A DNA stretch of 63,522 nucleotides, filler included, from Chiloscyllium plagiosum (Eukaryota): NCBI RefSeq assembly GCF_004010195.1. It is 3 parts of one record of this genome, joined end to end, with 100 filler letters (N's around TTAATTAATTAA, not from the genome) between each part and the next. Parts side by side here need not be neighbours in the genome. Positions count along the whole stretch, not along the records: positions 49,731 to 63,522 come from NC_057710.1; 2 more parts are not named here. One strand, written 5' to 3'. Of the stretch, positions 62,688 through 63,522 are shown in pieces. How positions within the stretch are numbered: the first letter of the stretch is position 1; every line of letters begins with the position of its first letter. A program made the position numbers and the translations under genes. The notes below the pieces were generated by a model. That model was not told where the DNA came from. It did not search any database and saw only the letters and a program-made list of their open reading frames with translations.

Positions 62688-63277
62688 ATTTGAAGGACCC
62701 CATACCCACAGCTAACAGAGGAACGTCCTGTTCAAAATACCTTGCAAAGACTGCAACACACATTACATTGGACAAACTGTCAGGAAACTAGCCGCCAAGA
62801 TACATGCAACTCTCACTGGTACCCATGCACATGGACAAAGAGGGACACTAGTTCCACTGTGACAATACAACCATACTAAGACAGGCCAAATTTAGACACA
62901 TATGGGAATTTCTAGAAGCCTGATATTCAAACCAGAGCTTCATAAATGGGGTCCAAATCTATATGTATATTAAAGAAACTCTCAAACAGAAATGGAAATG
63001 ATATCACCCACCACAACAAACCAAGAAACATAAATGGCAAGCAGGACAAAACACAGTGCACCACTAGAGTTCACTGATCACGTTACCTTGGATGGTGACG
63101 AAACATGTGAGAACAAACCCACTAGCTCAGAGAGCAAACCGAGGATTTGATCTACAACCTGAGCTACAAATCTTCTCCAAAAATCTCACTTACATTTAGT
63201 TCCCTCATCTCAATAATTAATACATATTGTGAAATCCTGGAGTCCAAGCACTGATTCCTCTGGCAACTCACTGTTCA

Positions 63278-63522
63278 CTGCTGGAAATGTGTTGCTGGAA
63301 AAGTGCAGCAGGTCAGGCAGCATCCAGGGAACAGGAGAATCGACGTTTCGGGCATAAGCCCTTCTTCAGGAATGAGGAAAGTTTGTCCAGCAGGCTAAGA
63401 TAAAAGGTAGGGAGGAGGGACTTGGGGGAGGGGTGTCGGAAATGTGATAGGTGGAAAGAGGTCAAGGTGAGGGTGAAAGGTCAGACTGGGGTGGGGACGG
63501 AGAGGTCGGGAAGAAGATTGCA
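63278..63522 (-). mobile_element. PLE family A terminus with intact hammerhead (63342-63369), truncated by window end
   Basis: Reverse complement cattcCTGAAGAagggcttatgcccGAAACGTCgattctcctg, identical to the 40545-40587 copy. Confidence 0.88.

Larger units (their letters stand above)
59124..63190 (+). mobile_element. Long PLE family C (Poseidon-like) with inverted 5' terminus; interrupted by HE1 and CR1
   Basis: ILPVDK, MVSFNVTVLFTSI, WVHCVDDTF, PFLDV, VYRK, KIPCKDCNTHYIGQT; ends agtgagtttttagaagatttgtagctcaggttg / caacctgagctacaaatcttctccaaaaatctcact. Confidence 0.88.

Overview
Vertebrate genomic DNA. HE1-type V-SINEs and HER1/CR1-type LINEs point to an elasmobranch (shark or ray; inference). 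By rough tally about 70-75% of the window is transposable-element debris. I could not support any host protein-coding exon, rRNA, functional tRNA or CRISPR array. CR1 LINEs occur as one near-full-length element (2863-7061, minus; zinc-finger/SGNH-esterase ORF1, broken EN-RT ORF2) plus many fragments. There is a 5'-truncated L1-clade LINE with poly(A) and TSD (37483-42132), plus Rex/Babar and Zenon-like LINE fragments. At least four Penelope-like element (PLE) families are present, and their termini carry minimal hammerhead ribozyme motifs. Smaller relics include HE1 and other tRNA-derived SINEs, two solo LTRs, a Gypsy integrase relic, Harbinger transposase and Myb/SANT relics, and a Tigger-type MITE. 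Two artificial N44-TTAATTAATTAA-N44 contig linkers mean adjacency across them is unreliable. The most interesting signals are four: (1) co-varying hammerhead cores in several PLE families, including a tandem pair 35 nt apart; (2) an 18-copy 26-bp array inside a young PLE copy, resembling reiterative template slippage; (3) splice-signal-like motifs conserved between two diverged CR1 5' UTRs; (4) multi-level nested insertions. None is proven to be a new system. All family names come from motif recognition, not database searches. PLE family labels A-D are my own.
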